32,527 nucleotides of DNA from Sphingomonas bacterium (lineage in GTDB: Bacteria; Pseudomonadota; Alphaproteobacteria; Sphingomonadales; Sphingomonadaceae). The notes beneath the pieces were generated by a model. That model made no database searches and was not told the DNA's origin. It saw only the letters and a list, made by a program, of their open reading frames with translations. The DNA lies in assembly GCA_028289965.1 (NCBI GenBank), contig JAQGKS010000033.1:1-32527 (forward strand), written 5' to 3'. Both the position numbers and the translations under genes were made by a program. Positions 15,509-24,434 of this stretch are shown piece by piece (positions within the stretch are counted from its first letter, which is position 1; the number at the start of each line of letters is the position of its first letter).

Positions 15509-17800
15509 TTGAACCTGGTTTCCTCCCCAATACCGCGGATGCCCGTGCCCAGCGGAATCGTGCTCGCCGAGCCGGCGTCGCCCTTTGGCGACGGTGAGCA
15601 CGGGATCAAGTTCGATTTCCGCAAGATCATCGGCGTCGTCCGCCGGAACATCTGGTTCATCGTCGGCATCCTCGGGATGTTCCTGGTCATCGGCCTGATC
15701 ATCACGCTGCTGATCACGCCGAAATATACCGCGGTCTCGACGCTCCAGATCGATCAGGAAACCGATCGCATCCTCCAGAGCTCGAGCGACCTCCAGCCCG
15801 CGACCTCCTATCAGGACGCCGATCGGTTCCTGCAGACCCAGGTCGACGTGCTCACCAGCCGGGCGATCGCGATCCGGGTGGCGCAGTCGCTCAACCTGTT
15901 CGGCGATCCGAAATTCTTCCAGGCGATGCAGGCCAAGGCGCCGGCCCGGCCGACCTCGGCCTCCGCCCGTCAGGTGGTCCGCGAGGCGACGCTCGGCCTG
16001 CTCACCGGCAATCTCGAAGTCGAGCTGCCGCGCCAGTCGCGCGTCATCAAGGTGAGCTTCCAGAGCGCCGATCCCGCGCTCGCCGCGCGCATCGCCAATG
16101 CCTATACGAGCGAGTTCATCCGGGCCAACCTCCAGCGCAAATATGACAGCTCGGCTTATGCCCGCGACTTCCTGTCGACCCAGCTGGCGAGCGCCAAGAC
16201 CCGCCTCGAAGGCTCCGAGCGCGCGCTGAACAATTACGCCCGCAGCGCCCGGCTGATCCGCACCAACGACGGCCAGTCCGGCTCGAACGCCCAGAACAAC
16301 CAGGGCAGCAGCTCGATCACCACGGCGAGCCTGGTTCAGCTGAATCAGGCCGCGAACGATGCGCGTGCGGCGCGTATCGCGGCCGAGCAGAAGTGGCGCA
16401 CCGCCTCCGGCGCGCCCGTGCTCAACGTGCCCGAGGTTCTCGGCAACCCGGCGGTCCAGCAGCTCCTCGCGCAGCGCGCGCAGCAGGAGGCTTCGCTCCG
16501 CCAGGAACGCGCCAAGCACCTCGAATCCTTCCCGACGGTGCGCCAGCTCCAGGCGCAGGTCGACGAGACCGCCGCCCAGATCAATGCGATCGCGACCAGC
16601 ATCCGCACCTCGATCCGCGACGATTACCGGACGGCGCAGCTGCGTGAGTCGTCGCTCAACGGGCAGGTCGAAAGCTTCAAGAACCAGACGCTGGCCGAAC
16701 AGGATCGCAGCGTCCGCTACAACATCCTGGCGCGCGAGGCGGATACCAACCGCACCCTCTACGACGGCCTGCTGCAACGCTATAAGGAACTCAGCGCCGC
16801 CGCCGGCATCAGCGCCAACAATATCTCGCTGATCGACCAGGCGGATACCCCGCTCGGGCCGTCCTCGCCCAACCTGATGCTCAACATGCTGATCGCCTTT
16901 GTCGCCGGGCTCGGTGTCGCCGGCATCGTGGTGTTCACCCGCGAACAGCTCGACGATGCGATCCGCGTTCCCGAGGATGTCGAGCAGAAGCTTGGCCTGT
17001 CGGTGCTCGGCCTGATCCCGATGACCCAGAAGAACGTCGTCGGCGAGCTTATCGAGGAGCCTCGCTCCAACGTGTCGGAGGCCTATTACGCGCTGCGCAC
17101 CTCGCTGACCTATTCGACCGCGGCCGGGCTGCCGCGGACGATCCTGGTGACCAGCGCGCGGCCGAGCGAGGGCAAGTCGACGACGAGCTTCGGCATCGCC
17201 CTCAGCCTCGCGCGGGTCGGCAAGCGGGTCGTGCTGGTCGATCTGGATCTGCGACGCCCGTCGATCCACCACCTGGTCGGCTCGACCAACCTTGGCACCG
17301 GCATGTCCGACCTGCTGGTATCGCACGAGGATCCGCGGACGGTGGCGCAGGCGTGCGAGGTGCCCGGCCTGTTCTACATCACCTCCGGCCCGATTCCGCC
17401 GAGCCCGACCGAATTGCTCGCGAGCGCCCGGATGTACGAGATATTGGAGCAGTTGAAGGACGCCTTCGACGTCGTCATCTGCGACGGGCCGCCGATCCTC
17501 GGCCTCGCCGATGCGCCGCTGCTCGCCGGCTTCACCGACGGCACCGTCTTCGTCGTCGAATCGAACCGGGGCCACTGGGGCGCGACCAAGGCGGCGATGC
17601 GCCGGCTGCGGACATCGTCGCGCGGCTCGGTGATCGGGGCGGTGCTGACCAAGTTCGATGCCAAGCGTTCGGGCGATTCCTACACCTATTACGGCTATGA
17701 TTATTACCAGTACGGCATGGGTAATAAGGACGAAAAGGCTGGCAAGCGCAGCATCGGCACCGAAGCCGAGGCTGGCGCCGATGCGGATGCGCGTGCCTAA
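15509..17800 (+). CDS. wzc: polysaccharide co-polymerase / BY-kinase tyrosine autokinase (Wzc/ExoP/GumC-like)
   Basis: The start is TTG at 15509 or ATG at 15539. It has an N-terminal TM segment, a long coiled periplasmic Wzz-like domain and a second TM segment. Kinase motifs are Walker A SARPSEGKST, A' VVLVDLDLRRP and B DVVICDGPP, followed by the C-terminal Tyr cluster YTYYGYDYYQYG (17681-17724). Confidence 0.9.
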   Translation: MNLVSSPIPRMPVPSGIVLAEPASPFGDGEHGIKFDFRKIIGVVRRNIWFIVGILGMFLVIGLIITLLITPKYTAVSTLQIDQETDRILQSSSDLQPATSYQDADRFLQTQVDVLTSRAIAIRVAQSLNLFGDPKFFQAMQAKAPARPTSASARQVVREATLGLLTGNLEVELPRQSRVIKVSFQSADPALAARIANAYTSEFIRANLQRKYDSSAYARDFLSTQLASAKTRLEGSERALNNYARSARLIRTNDGQSGSNAQNNQGSSSITTASLVQLNQAANDARAARIAAEQKWRTASGAPVLNVPEVLGNPAVQQLLAQRAQQEASLRQERAKHLESFPTVRQLQAQVDETAAQINAIATSIRTSIRDDYRTAQLRESSLNGQVESFKNQTLAEQDRSVRYNILAREADTNRTLYDGLLQRYKELSAAAGISANNISLIDQADTPLGPSSPNLMLNMLIAFVAGLGVAGIVVFTREQLDDAIRVPEDVEQKLGLSVLGLIPMTQKNVVGELIEEPRSNVSEAYYALRTSLTYSTAAGLPRTILVTSARPSEGKSTTSFGIALSLARVGKRVVLVDLDLRRPSIHHLVGSTNLGTGMSDLLVSHEDPRTVAQACEVPGLFYITSGPIPPSPTELLASARMYEILEQLKDAFDVVICDGPPILGLADAPLLAGFTDGTVFVVESNRGHWGATKAAMRRLRTSSRGSVIGAVLTKFDAKRSGDSYTYYGYDYYQYGMGNKDEKAGKRSIGTEAEAGADADARA

Positions 17801-19004
17801 CTTGATCCTCCGGCTCGGCGCCACGGCGGGCATCGTCGCCGTCGGCGCGCTGTGCATCGGCAGTGCGCTCGATCGGATGGCGGCGGACACCCCCGCCGTC
17901 GCCGCGCTGGTGCCGGCCCCGCTGCGCAGCCAGGCCTGGATCAGCCTTGCCCAGCAGGCGCTGCGGGATGACGGCCTGGGCGACATCGATGCCGCGCGCA
18001 ATGCCGTCGCGGCGGCGCCGATCGAGCCCGCGGCAAGTGCGGTACTGGGATCGACCCTGTTCCGGCGCGGCGACGCCAACGGGGCGCAACGCGCGTTCTC
18101 GCTGGCCGGCCAGCTCGGCTGGCGCAACCTCGACACCCAGGCCTATTGGCTCGCCGCCAGCCTCGCCGGGGGGGCGCCGGGCGTCGCCGCACAGCGGCTC
18201 GACGCGATGCTCCGCGTCGGCCTGCGCGGCCAGGCGATGGCCGACGGGCTGAGCACGATCGAGGCCGATCCGGCGGGACGCGCCGCGCTCGTCACCCAGC
18301 TTGCGGCGTCGCCGCCGTGGGCCGGCGACTTCGTCGAGACGTCGGGCGCGTTGAGCGGCACCGCGCTCGCCAACCGGATCGCCACGCTCGAGGACGCGCA
18401 CCGCCGCGGCGTCACGATCGACTGTTCGCGGCTCAGCCTCGTCGCCGACATGCTTCACGCCAAGGGCAATGTCCGCGATGCCGCGCGTTTGTGGTTCGGC
18501 CTGTGCACGCCGGCGGGACGCCCCCTGCCCACCATCGTCAATGGCGGCTTCGAAGTCGAACCCGAACGCGCCGGGGTGTTTGACTGGCGGCCGCAAAGTC
18601 GCGGCGGCGTCGAGGTCAGCATCACCGACGCGCCGACCACCGGGCGCGCGCTGTCCGCCCGGGTCGACAGTTCGGCGGCCGCAACCCTCGCCCTCCAGGC
18701 AATTCTCCTGTCCCCCGGCGCCTACCGGCTTTCGTGGAGCGCCTCCAACGACGCCGGCGCGCCCGTCGGGGAGATCACCGCCCGGCTCGCCTGCTCCGAC
18801 GCCGCACGATCGGAGATACCGACCGAACCGGTGCGCGCGCAACGCACCCGTTTCTCCACCAGCTTCACCGTTCCGGCGCGCTGCGAAGGCCAGGTGCTGC
18901 GGTTCGACCTCGAGCCGCGCGCGGCCGGCGACCGGTCCGCGATCTGGATCGACGATGTGCGGCTCGACCGTGCCGGCGGCACCGCGCCGCCTGGGCGTCG
19001 CTGA
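17781..19004 (+). CDS. membrane-anchored protein: Ala/Leu-rich helical region plus C-terminal CBM-like beta-sandwich (unknown function)
   Basis: The ATG at 17781 overlaps the wzc 3' end by 20 nt. The protein has MRMR plus a TM segment (LILRLGATAGIVAVGALCIG). The C-terminal region NGGFEVEPERAGVFDWRP ... YRLSWSASN ... IWIDDVRLDR fits the CBM4/9 or galactose-binding-like pattern. Confidence 0.55.
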   Translation: MRMRVPNLILRLGATAGIVAVGALCIGSALDRMAADTPAVAALVPAPLRSQAWISLAQQALRDDGLGDIDAARNAVAAAPIEPAASAVLGSTLFRRGDANGAQRAFSLAGQLGWRNLDTQAYWLAASLAGGAPGVAAQRLDAMLRVGLRGQAMADGLSTIEADPAGRAALVTQLAASPPWAGDFVETSGALSGTALANRIATLEDAHRRGVTIDCSRLSLVADMLHAKGNVRDAARLWFGLCTPAGRPLPTIVNGGFEVEPERAGVFDWRPQSRGGVEVSITDAPTTGRALSARVDSSAAATLALQAILLSPGAYRLSWSASNDAGAPVGEITARLACSDAARSEIPTEPVRAQRTRFSTSFTVPARCEGQVLRFDLEPRAAGDRSAIWIDDVRLDRAGGTAPPGRR

Positions 19005-19228
19005 CCATGCCGCAGCGCAGCCACAGCACCTCGCCAGTAAGACGACAGCCGTGCCGCTTGGGTGAGCGACCGGCGCGCTTTGGCTGGGCGCACGCTTCGC
19101 GCCGCGCGGTATCCGGTTGCAGAACCGGACCATGCTGGTAAACGCGCGTTGCACAAAATGCGCCGGAGCAGCGCCGCTTTCTTCTGACTTGGAATGCTCT
19201 CTCAGGCGTGGGGTTGGTTGGTTCGACA

Positions 19229-20140
19229 ATGTTCTCGGTCATCATCCCCACGCTCAATCGCAGCGACAAGCTGCGTCGCGCGCTCGATAGCGTCGCCGGG
19301 CAGATCGGCGAGACGCCCGAGATCATCGTCATCGACGATGCCTCCGCGCCCGACGAGGCGGCGCGGATCGCGGCGATGGTCGGCGCCCTGCCCAATGCGA
19401 AGCTGATCCGGCTGGATGAAAATGGCGGCCCCGCGCGGGCGCGCAACATCGGCGTCGCGGCCTCGTCCGGCCGCTACATCGCCTTCCTCGATTCCGACGA
19501 CTGGTGGGTGCCCGAACGGCTGTCCCATCACCGCGCCGCGCTCGCCGACCCCGCGGTCGTGGCGTCGTATAATTCGGCGCGGGTGACGCGCTCCGGCGTC
19601 AGCCAGGCAAGCGGCCTGGTCGGCCGGGCGAAGCCGCGGACGTGGAGCATGCCGGTCGCGCTCGCCGGGTTCAACTTCGTCGGCGGCTGCTCGCTCGTCT
19701 GCGTCAAACGCGAGGCGTTCGATCGACTGGCAGGCTTCGACACCGCGCTGCCCAGTTGCGAGGATTGGCACCTGTGGCTGCGGCTGTCCGCCCTCGGCGA
19801 GTTCCGCTTCGTCGACGAGGCGCTCGGTTATTATGACGTCGGCCCCCACATCCGGCTGACCACGTCGCAGCAGCGCATCCTCGATGGACATCAGCAGGTC
19901 TTCGCCTTCGCCCGCTCGGTGCCCCAGACCCCGGCGGAGATCCGCTATGTCCAGGCGGTGCACCGCTGGGTGATGGCCGAGGTCGCCGTCACCTTTGGCG
20001 ACACGCGCCGCGCGATGACGGGGTTGATCGCCTCGCTGCTGACCCGGCCGACCCGGCTGGCGATCCGGCGGACCCCGGCGCTGCTGTCGACCGCCGCCTC
20101 GATCGCCTTGGGCCTGTCTGAAAAGGAGGGCCGGTTTTGA
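19229..20140 (+). CDS. family 2 glycosyltransferase (WcaA-like)
   Basis: ATG at 19229. MFSVIIPTLNRSDKLRRALDSVAGQ, IIVIDDAS, FLDSDDWWVPERL and EDWHLWLRL are GT-A/GT2 signatures. The layout is similar to E. coli WcaA as I recall it. Confidence 0.8.
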   Translation: MFSVIIPTLNRSDKLRRALDSVAGQIGETPEIIVIDDASAPDEAARIAAMVGALPNAKLIRLDENGGPARARNIGVAASSGRYIAFLDSDDWWVPERLSHHRAALADPAVVASYNSARVTRSGVSQASGLVGRAKPRTWSMPVALAGFNFVGGCSLVCVKREAFDRLAGFDTALPSCEDWHLWLRLSALGEFRFVDEALGYYDVGPHIRLTTSQQRILDGHQQVFAFARSVPQTPAEIRYVQAVHRWVMAEVAVTFGDTRRAMTGLIASLLTRPTRLAIRRTPALLSTAASIALGLSEKEGRF

Positions 20141-20195
20141 GTCTTCCTCCCCTTCCGTCCAACGTGCCCGTCCAACTCGCAAGCCGGTCCCGCTG

Positions 20196-21227
20196 ATGCT
20201 TCGCTCCGCGCACGTCCTGCCGCGACGCGAGCCGAAGGCGCCGTCGTCGCCCGACGAGGATTTCGGCCCGACCCCGGTCAAAAGCTCGTTCGTCTATCCG
20301 GCGCTCGGCGGGGTTGCCGATCTCGGCTATTTCCGCATCGGCGGCGCCGGCCTGGCCAATCTGCTGCTGATCTGGGCGCGCTCGCTGGTCGCGGCGGAGC
20401 GGCTGGGGGTGCGGATGCTCACGCCCGCATGGCCAGCGCTCAAGATCGGCCCGATCCTGCGGCGGGAGAGCGATCTGCGCATCTATGCCGGGCTGTTCGC
20501 GCGGGAGCCGAATGCGATCGGCGGCCTCGCCAAGCTGCTGGCCTTCGCCTGCACCCGCCGGGTCGAGCGGTTCGACCACCCGGCGGACCTCGCCCAGTGC
20601 CGGCCCAATACGCTCTACGTTCCCCGCCCCCACAAGATCGCCCCGATCTACTTTGACGGGCTGTTCGATCATCAGCCGCGGATCGCCGGGCGGATGCTGC
20701 GCATGATCCGCGCGCGGCACCTCAATCGGGTGCGCGCGCTGCCCCGGCCGCGGGTTGCCGTGCATATCCGGATGGGCGATTTCGCCCCGGCGACGGAAGG
20801 GCCGCTGCGCAGCGTCAACACCCGCCTTCCGCTGGCCTGGTATGGCGATCGCATGGCCGAACTCCGCAATGTGCTGGGGCCGGACGCGCATTTCACTTTG
20901 TTCAGCGACGGCAGCCCGGACGAACTGGCCGAATTGCTGCGCGAGGACGATGTCGAGCTTCGCTCCGGCGAGACCGCGATCGTCGACCTGCTGTCGATGG
21001 CGCGGGCGCAGGCGCTGCTGGCGTCGGCGTCGACCTACAGCCTGTGGGCGTCCTTTCTCGGGCGGATGCCCTCGCTCTGGTATCCCGGCGGCATGCTGCA
21101 GGGTTTTCCGGCGGCGCACTCGCTCCGGCTCGAAAGCGCGATCGGCGACCGCCTTCCGGCGACGTTCCGCGATGCCTTCGCCGCCTGCCGCGATCTGCTC
21201 GGTGACCAGCCCGGCGCACGGGCATGA
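20196..21227 (+). CDS. glycosyltransferase with fucosyltransferase-superfamily (GT11-like) motifs
   Basis: 343 aa. It shows three motif look-alikes of alpha-1,2-fucosyltransferases: GGAGLANLLLIW (cf. GGLGNQMFQY), VAVHIRMGDF (cf. HVRRGDY) and LLASASTYSLWASFLG (cf. SNSTFSWWAAYL). Confidence 0.5.
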   Translation: MLRSAHVLPRREPKAPSSPDEDFGPTPVKSSFVYPALGGVADLGYFRIGGAGLANLLLIWARSLVAAERLGVRMLTPAWPALKIGPILRRESDLRIYAGLFAREPNAIGGLAKLLAFACTRRVERFDHPADLAQCRPNTLYVPRPHKIAPIYFDGLFDHQPRIAGRMLRMIRARHLNRVRALPRPRVAVHIRMGDFAPATEGPLRSVNTRLPLAWYGDRMAELRNVLGPDAHFTLFSDGSPDELAELLREDDVELRSGETAIVDLLSMARAQALLASASTYSLWASFLGRMPSLWYPGGMLQGFPAAHSLRLESAIGDRLPATFRDAFAACRDLLGDQPGARA

Positions 21228-21249
21228 GCCGCGGCAAGGGAGCGCGCCG

Positions 21250-22476
21250 ATGCGCATCCTGCTGATCAACATCCGCGCGACGCAGGGCGGCGCCGGGCGG
21301 GTCGGATATGATCTGCATCACCGGCTCCAGGCCGCAGGCGCGCAATCGACCCTGCTCTACGGTTACGGGTCGGGCATCGCCCCGGATCCCAAGGTCGCGG
21401 ACGAGCCGAACGTCCGGATGATCGGATCGCGGCCGGCGATCCTCGCCAATTATGCAGCGCACTGGCTGATCGGGCACGAGATCGTCACCAGCGGCAAGGC
21501 GAGCCTGCGCCGCGCGATCGCCGAGGCGGACGTGGTCCACGTCCACGCGCCGCACCATTGGTATCTGCACTGGGAGACGCTCGTCGCCTTGCTCCGCGAG
21601 GCGGGCAAGCCGGTCGTCGTCACCGCGCACGACTGGTGGCTCGTCACCGGCCGCTGCGGCTTCGCGCGCGACTGCGAAGGCTGGCGCCGACAATGCGGCG
21701 AGTGCGGCCCGCGCCGGTTCGAGGATCTGCCGTCGCTGCCGGATCGGTCGCGCATCGTCCGCGCCGCGCGGCAGAAGGCGCTGCGCACGCTCGCTGCCCA
21801 GCTGGTGATCGTCTGCCCCTCGCGCCATCTCGCCGCCGATCACCGCGAAATCTACCCCGATCTCGACGTCCGCTTCGTCCCCAACGCGCTCGACCGCGAG
21901 TTCGAGGCGGTGGTGCTGGGCCAGCCGGCGCAGGCGGATCGGCACGGCTATCTGTTCTGCGCGTCCGATCTCGCTTCCCCCGGCAAGATCGACGCCGGGC
22001 TGGTGCGCGCGCTGGCCACGTCGTTCGGCGACGAGGTCGGGCTGATCGGCCGTAACACGCCGTTCGGCGATCTGCCCGCCACCGCGCATGGCGAGGTGCG
22101 GGACCGGGCGACGCTCGCAGGGCTGTTCGGCGCGGCGCGGACGCTGCTGTTCACCTCGCAGATGGACAATGCGCCCCTGACGATCATCGAGGCGCTCACC
22201 GCCGGCTGCTACGTCGTCGCTTATCCTTCCGCCGCCGCGCAGGAGATGGTCGAGCTGGTCGGCGGCCGCTGCGCCGCCTCGCCGGCCGAGGCGCTCGAGC
22301 TCGTCCGCGCCGGGCGCGAGGCCGATCTCTACGGCGGCATCGACCATGCCGAACTGGCGCGGCGCGCGCGCAGCACCTGGTCGGGCGAGGCTATGGCCGC
22401 TGCCTATCGCGACGTGTATCGAGAGCTTGTCGGCACGAACCATTCAGGCGCGTTGCTCGCCGAGACAGGTGCATGA
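21250..22476 (+). CDS. wcaC: family 4 (GT-B) glycosyltransferase, WcaC-like
   Basis: The ATG at 21250 follows CAAGGGAG. MRILLINIRATQGGAGRVGYDLHHRL...LLYGYGSG and TAHDWWLVTGRCGFARDCEGWRRQCGECGP parallel E. coli WcaC (MNILQFNVRLAEGGAAGVALDLHQR; LHDHWSVTGRCAFTDGCEGWKTGCQKCP), as I recall that sequence. Confidence 0.7.
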   Translation: MRILLINIRATQGGAGRVGYDLHHRLQAAGAQSTLLYGYGSGIAPDPKVADEPNVRMIGSRPAILANYAAHWLIGHEIVTSGKASLRRAIAEADVVHVHAPHHWYLHWETLVALLREAGKPVVVTAHDWWLVTGRCGFARDCEGWRRQCGECGPRRFEDLPSLPDRSRIVRAARQKALRTLAAQLVIVCPSRHLAADHREIYPDLDVRFVPNALDREFEAVVLGQPAQADRHGYLFCASDLASPGKIDAGLVRALATSFGDEVGLIGRNTPFGDLPATAHGEVRDRATLAGLFGAARTLLFTSQMDNAPLTIIEALTAGCYVVAYPSAAAQEMVELVGGRCAASPAEALELVRAGREADLYGGIDHAELARRARSTWSGEAMAAAYRDVYRELVGTNHSGALLAETGA

Positions 22477-23663
22477 CCGGACCGCTTCCCACGATCGCCA
22501 CGCCCAAGGGGAAGCTTGGCGCCCTCGACGGGTTGCGTGGTCTCGCTGCATCGTGGGTCGTCATCCACCATCTCAGCACCAACCGGCTGATCGGCGGCGG
22601 CGCGCTGCTCGCCAATGGCTGGCTGCTGGTCGATGTGTTCTTCGTGATCAGCGGGTTCGTGCTCGCTTATCGCTATGGCGGCGGCATCGCCAGCCGCGCC
22701 GATCTCGGCCGCTTCGTCCAGCGGCGGATCGCACGCATCTGGCCGCTCCACGCCGCGATCCTGTTGCTCATGCTGCTGCCGCGGCTCGCCTCGCTGGTAG
22801 TGCATGGCGCTGCGGGCAATCAGCTGTTCGAGCCCGGCGGCCATCACTCGCTCGGCGCCTTCTTCGCCAGCCTGTTCCTGATCCATGGCATGGGCCCTTA
22901 TTCCGACGCGGTGTGGAACGGACCCAGCTGGACGCTCTCGGTCGAGTTTTTCGCCTATCTGCTGTTCGCCGGATCGGTGATGCTCGCGCGCGGCCGGCTG
23001 ACGATCGTCGCCTGTGCCCTCGTGGTCGCGGCCGGAACCGTGCTGACCGTCTCGGGCGTCTATCTCGCCGTGCCGATGGAGTGGGCGTTCCTGCGCTGCG
23101 TCTACGGCTTCTTCGCCGGCGTCGCGGTGCTCGCCTTGCTCCGGCGCCTGCCGCCGCCCGACCCACGCCGCCGGCCCGGCGCGGCCGCCACCGCGATCGA
23201 GCTGCTGCTCGGCGCGGCAATCGTGGCGCTGATCGCGGGCGGCGGGCAACGGCCCTCGGCGATGCTGCTGATCCCGGCCTGCGCGGCGATGGTCCTCGCC
23301 CTCGCGGTCGCGCGCGGCTGGGTCGCGCACATCCTCGCGCGCGAGCCATTCCAGTCGCTCGGCGCCTGGTCGCTCGGCATCTACCTCCTGCACATCCCGA
23401 TCCTCAACGTCCTCTACGGCATCGCCCGGCGCTATCGCCCGCTCGGCCTCGACTTCTCCAAGGCTGGCTGGGGCACTGCCGAAAGCGTCGTCTTCCTCGT
23501 CCTGGTGCTCGCCGTAGCGGCCGCCGCCCATATTTGGCTGGAGCGCCCCGCCCGCAGCCTGCTCACCTATGGCTTTGCGGGCCGGCGCCGGCCGGCGGGT
23601 GCGGGCGGGCCTGCCGCATCGGCCATTGCGCCCCATCCTCCTTCCGGCAAAGAGGCGACCTGA
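22473..23663 (+). CDS. acyltransferase family 3 (AT3) membrane O-acyltransferase, stand-alone (no fused SGNH domain)
   Basis: There is an ATGA start/stop overlap with the wcaC-like gene. LDGLRGLAASWVVIHHL, GWLLVDVFFVISGFVL and SWTLSVEFFAYLLF are AT3/PF01757 hallmarks. The protein is 396 aa with about 10 TM segments. Confidence 0.85.
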   Translation: MTGPLPTIATPKGKLGALDGLRGLAASWVVIHHLSTNRLIGGGALLANGWLLVDVFFVISGFVLAYRYGGGIASRADLGRFVQRRIARIWPLHAAILLLMLLPRLASLVVHGAAGNQLFEPGGHHSLGAFFASLFLIHGMGPYSDAVWNGPSWTLSVEFFAYLLFAGSVMLARGRLTIVACALVVAAGTVLTVSGVYLAVPMEWAFLRCVYGFFAGVAVLALLRRLPPPDPRRRPGAAATAIELLLGAAIVALIAGGGQRPSAMLLIPACAAMVLALAVARGWVAHILAREPFQSLGAWSLGIYLLHIPILNVLYGIARRYRPLGLDFSKAGWGTAESVVFLVLVLAVAAAAHIWLERPARSLLTYGFAGRRRPAGAGGPAASAIAPHPPSGKEAT

Positions 23664-24434
23664 GTGCCGAGCGTCTCGATCATCACCATCGTCCGCAACA
23701 ATGATGTCGGGCTCGCCCGCACCCGCGCGTCGGTCGCGGCGCAGGCGTGCCGCGATTTCGAGTGGATCCTCGTCGACGGCGCCTCGACCGACGCCACCCG
23801 TGAGCGCGTCGCCGATCTCCTGCGCAGCGGCGAGGTGCGCGGGATCAGCGAGCCGGACGGGGGCATTTACGACGCGATGAACAAGGGCCTGCGCCTTGCC
23901 GCCGGCGACTATGTGCTGTTCCTCAACGCCGGCGATCGGCTGCTCGACGCCGGATCGCTCGGCGCCGCCCTCGCCGCGGTCGAGGGAGCCGGCCGGCCGG
24001 ACGTCGCCTTCTTCGCCTCGCAGATGGATTTCGGCAACCGCGTGATCGTGCGCCCGGCCAAGCAGCCCTCTTATATCTGGCATGGCCAGCCCGGGCTCCA
24101 CCAGGCGACCTTCGTCAAGCGCACCGTCCACCTGCGCCATCCGTTCCGCGACCGCTTCCGCGTCTGCGGGGATTATGACGTGTTGGCGCGGATCGTCTCG
24201 GGCGGCGCGTCGCTGCGCAGCTTCCCGGCGGTGGTCGGCGTCAACGAGTTCGACAACCAGTCGACCTCCGGCCGCTTCAAGCTGCGGCTGATGCGCGAGG
24301 CGCTTGCCGTCCAGCGCACCGAGCTCAAGCTGCCGCTGTGGAAGTGCGCGATCAGCCTGATGCGGCGGGGGATCAATTCGGCGGCGTTCAAGCTGATGAC
24401 GCTGCAATCGTCGATGCGCGGAGCAGGCCGATGA
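23664..24434 (+). CDS. wcaE: family 2 glycosyltransferase, WcaE-like
   Basis: The GTG start follows directly after the AT3 stop. VSIITIVRNN, FEWILVDGASTDATRE, SEPDGGIYDAMNKG, FLNAGD and HGQPGLHQATF are colinear with E. coli WcaE (FEWIVVDGGSNDGTRE, SEPDNGIYDAMNKG, FLNSGD), as I recall that sequence. Confidence 0.7.
   Translation: MPSVSIITIVRNNDVGLARTRASVAAQACRDFEWILVDGASTDATRERVADLLRSGEVRGISEPDGGIYDAMNKGLRLAAGDYVLFLNAGDRLLDAGSLGAALAAVEGAGRPDVAFFASQMDFGNRVIVRPAKQPSYIWHGQPGLHQATFVKRTVHLRHPFRDRFRVCGDYDVLARIVSGGASLRSFPAVVGVNEFDNQSTSGRFKLRLMREALAVQRTELKLPLWKCAISLMRRGINSAAFKLMTLQSSMRGAGR

Noticed and set aside
14597-18136. A 1179-aa ORF on the minus strand, the longest ORF in the window.
   Set aside because: It lies entirely antisense to the well-supported wzy-like, wza and wzc genes. 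The translation is low-complexity and Arg/Ala/Gly/Pro-rich, which is typical of spurious antisense frames in GC-rich DNA, and it has no recognisable motifs.
22404-24407. A 667-aa ORF on the minus strand.
   Set aside because: It is antisense to the AT3 and wcaE-like genes. Its composition is Arg/Ala/Gly-rich with no domain signature, so I treat it as a GC-rich shadow ORF.
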